In this document: positions 63,447-64,000 of the stretch, piece by piece | Layout: each line of letters starts with the position of its first letter | How positions within the stretch are numbered: the first letter of the stretch is position 1 | NCBI GenBank assembly: GCA_021209625.1 | Contig: JAJOHZ010000026.1 | Location: forward strand, 6,951 to 70,950 | Direction: 5' to 3' | DNA from: Erysipelotrichaceae bacterium | GTDB lineage: Bacteria; Bacillota_I; Bacilli_A; Erysipelotrichales; Erysipelotrichaceae | Length of the DNA: 64,000 nt | The notes under the pieces: model-generated | The model's input: only the letters and a program-made list of their open reading frames with translations | What the model was told of the DNA's origin: nothing | Database searches by the model: none | Translations under genes and position numbers: made by a program

Positions 63447-64000
63447 GGTTGTAAGAGTTCTAACGCTTTCAGGAGTTGAGGATCAAGTTGACGTTTATTA
63501 GCATACCACTCACGATACACTTGAGTGTATAAGGAGCGATAGATTTCTGGAGTTAAAGATTCCACACTTCCAATGGAGGTGGTTTGAGCATACGCATTAA
63601 GTGCATCCAACGTTTGGATTGAGAAATACCCATCCATGCGTCCTGGATTGTAGCCTAAGAAATCTAAGGCTTGTTGGGCAATTTGTGTGAAGTCGGACAC
63701 CGTGTCGACTAAAACATTGTCTGTATCACTCATGAGTTTACGCTCATTCACAAAGAAAGGATGTAAATTCACTTCCACATCAGGAGTAATCCCAATGTCT
63801 TGAATGGAATTGCCTTCTGGGCTAAGCCATTGAGCCGTTGTTACTTTGAGTGCAGAACCATCTGAGAAGGGACGTGTGATTTGTACGGTTCCCTTACCAA
63901 AGGTGGTGACACCAACCAAAGTGAAGTTACCTTGTTCAGACATGGCAGCTGCTAAAACCTCAGATGCACTGGCAGAGTTTTGATTGACAAGAATAATGAT
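63443..64000 (-). CDS. C-terminal part (window-truncated) of an S41 carboxy-terminal processing protease with a C-terminal peptidoglycan-binding domain
   Basis: The frame extends beyond track ORF 63443..63943 to the window edge and reads IIILVNQNSASASEVLAAAMSEQGNFTLVGVTTFGKGTVQ.. (S41 Ser and Lys motifs). The tail ..ALDFLGYNPGRMDGYFSIQTLDALNAY.. is PG_binding_1-like. Confidence 0.85.
   Translation of the reverse strand: MIILVNQNSASASEVLAAAMSEQGNFTLVGVTTFGKGTVQITRPFSDGSALKVTTAQWLSPEGNSIQDIGITPDVEVNLHPFFVNERKLMSDTDNVLVDTVSDFTQIAQQALDFLGYNPGRMDGYFSIQTLDALNAYAQTTSIGSVESLTPEIYRSLYTQVYREWYANKRQLDPQLLKALELLQP

Overview
AT-rich, low-GC Bacillota-type chromosome segment. Gene order and protein sequences look Bacilli/Erysipelotrichia-like, but I cannot name a species from the sequence alone. 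Every feature I can support lies on the minus strand, so the window is one long co-oriented block of core housekeeping genes. In minus-strand transcription order (high to low coordinates) it reads as follows. (1) S41 protease tail, uvrB, uvrA, hprK, an lgt-HAD fusion, trxB, rapZ, yvcK, whiA. (2) A small XRE / membrane / unknown trio, gap, cysS, mrnC, rlmB, sigH-like, rpmG, secE, nusG. (3) rplK-rplA, a PadR plus membrane-protein pair, rplJ-rplL, a YbxB-like methyltransferase, rpoB, rpoC. (4) rpsL-rpsG-fusA-tuf, a decayed amylosucrase-like gene, then the complete S10-spc-alpha ribosomal operons (rpsJ to rplQ). (5) An O-methyltransferase and an unknown ORF, ecfA-ecfT-truA, a PHP phosphatase, rplM-rpsI. 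(6) tRNA-Ile/Ala, a MATE exporter, tRNA-Asn/Glu, a quinone-oxidoreductase-like gene, an APH-type kinase, and a NuoE/NuoF/NuoG-like (HydABC-type) hydrogenase operon running off the left edge. I found no CRISPR array, transposase, integrase, phage genes or long repeats. I do not see a convincing novel multi-gene system here and will not claim one. The most striking signal is technical or evolutionary. At least 13 single-nucleotide indels, almost all in short homopolymer runs, split otherwise conserved genes. These include the essential genes rpoC, rpsG, rpsI and rplA, and four sites in uvrA. This most likely reflects homopolymer miscalls in the assembly. One gene, the GH13 amylosucrase-like gene between tuf and rpsJ, also carries in-frame nonsense codons and looks like a real pseudogene. 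Secondary curiosities: an Lgt-PpaX-like fusion ORF; a single-ORF EcfA1-EcfA2; a MATE gene sandwiched between tRNA pairs with its start codon abutting a terminator; accessory insertions inside normally contiguous ribosomal clusters; no rpmD; a long RpoB insertion.
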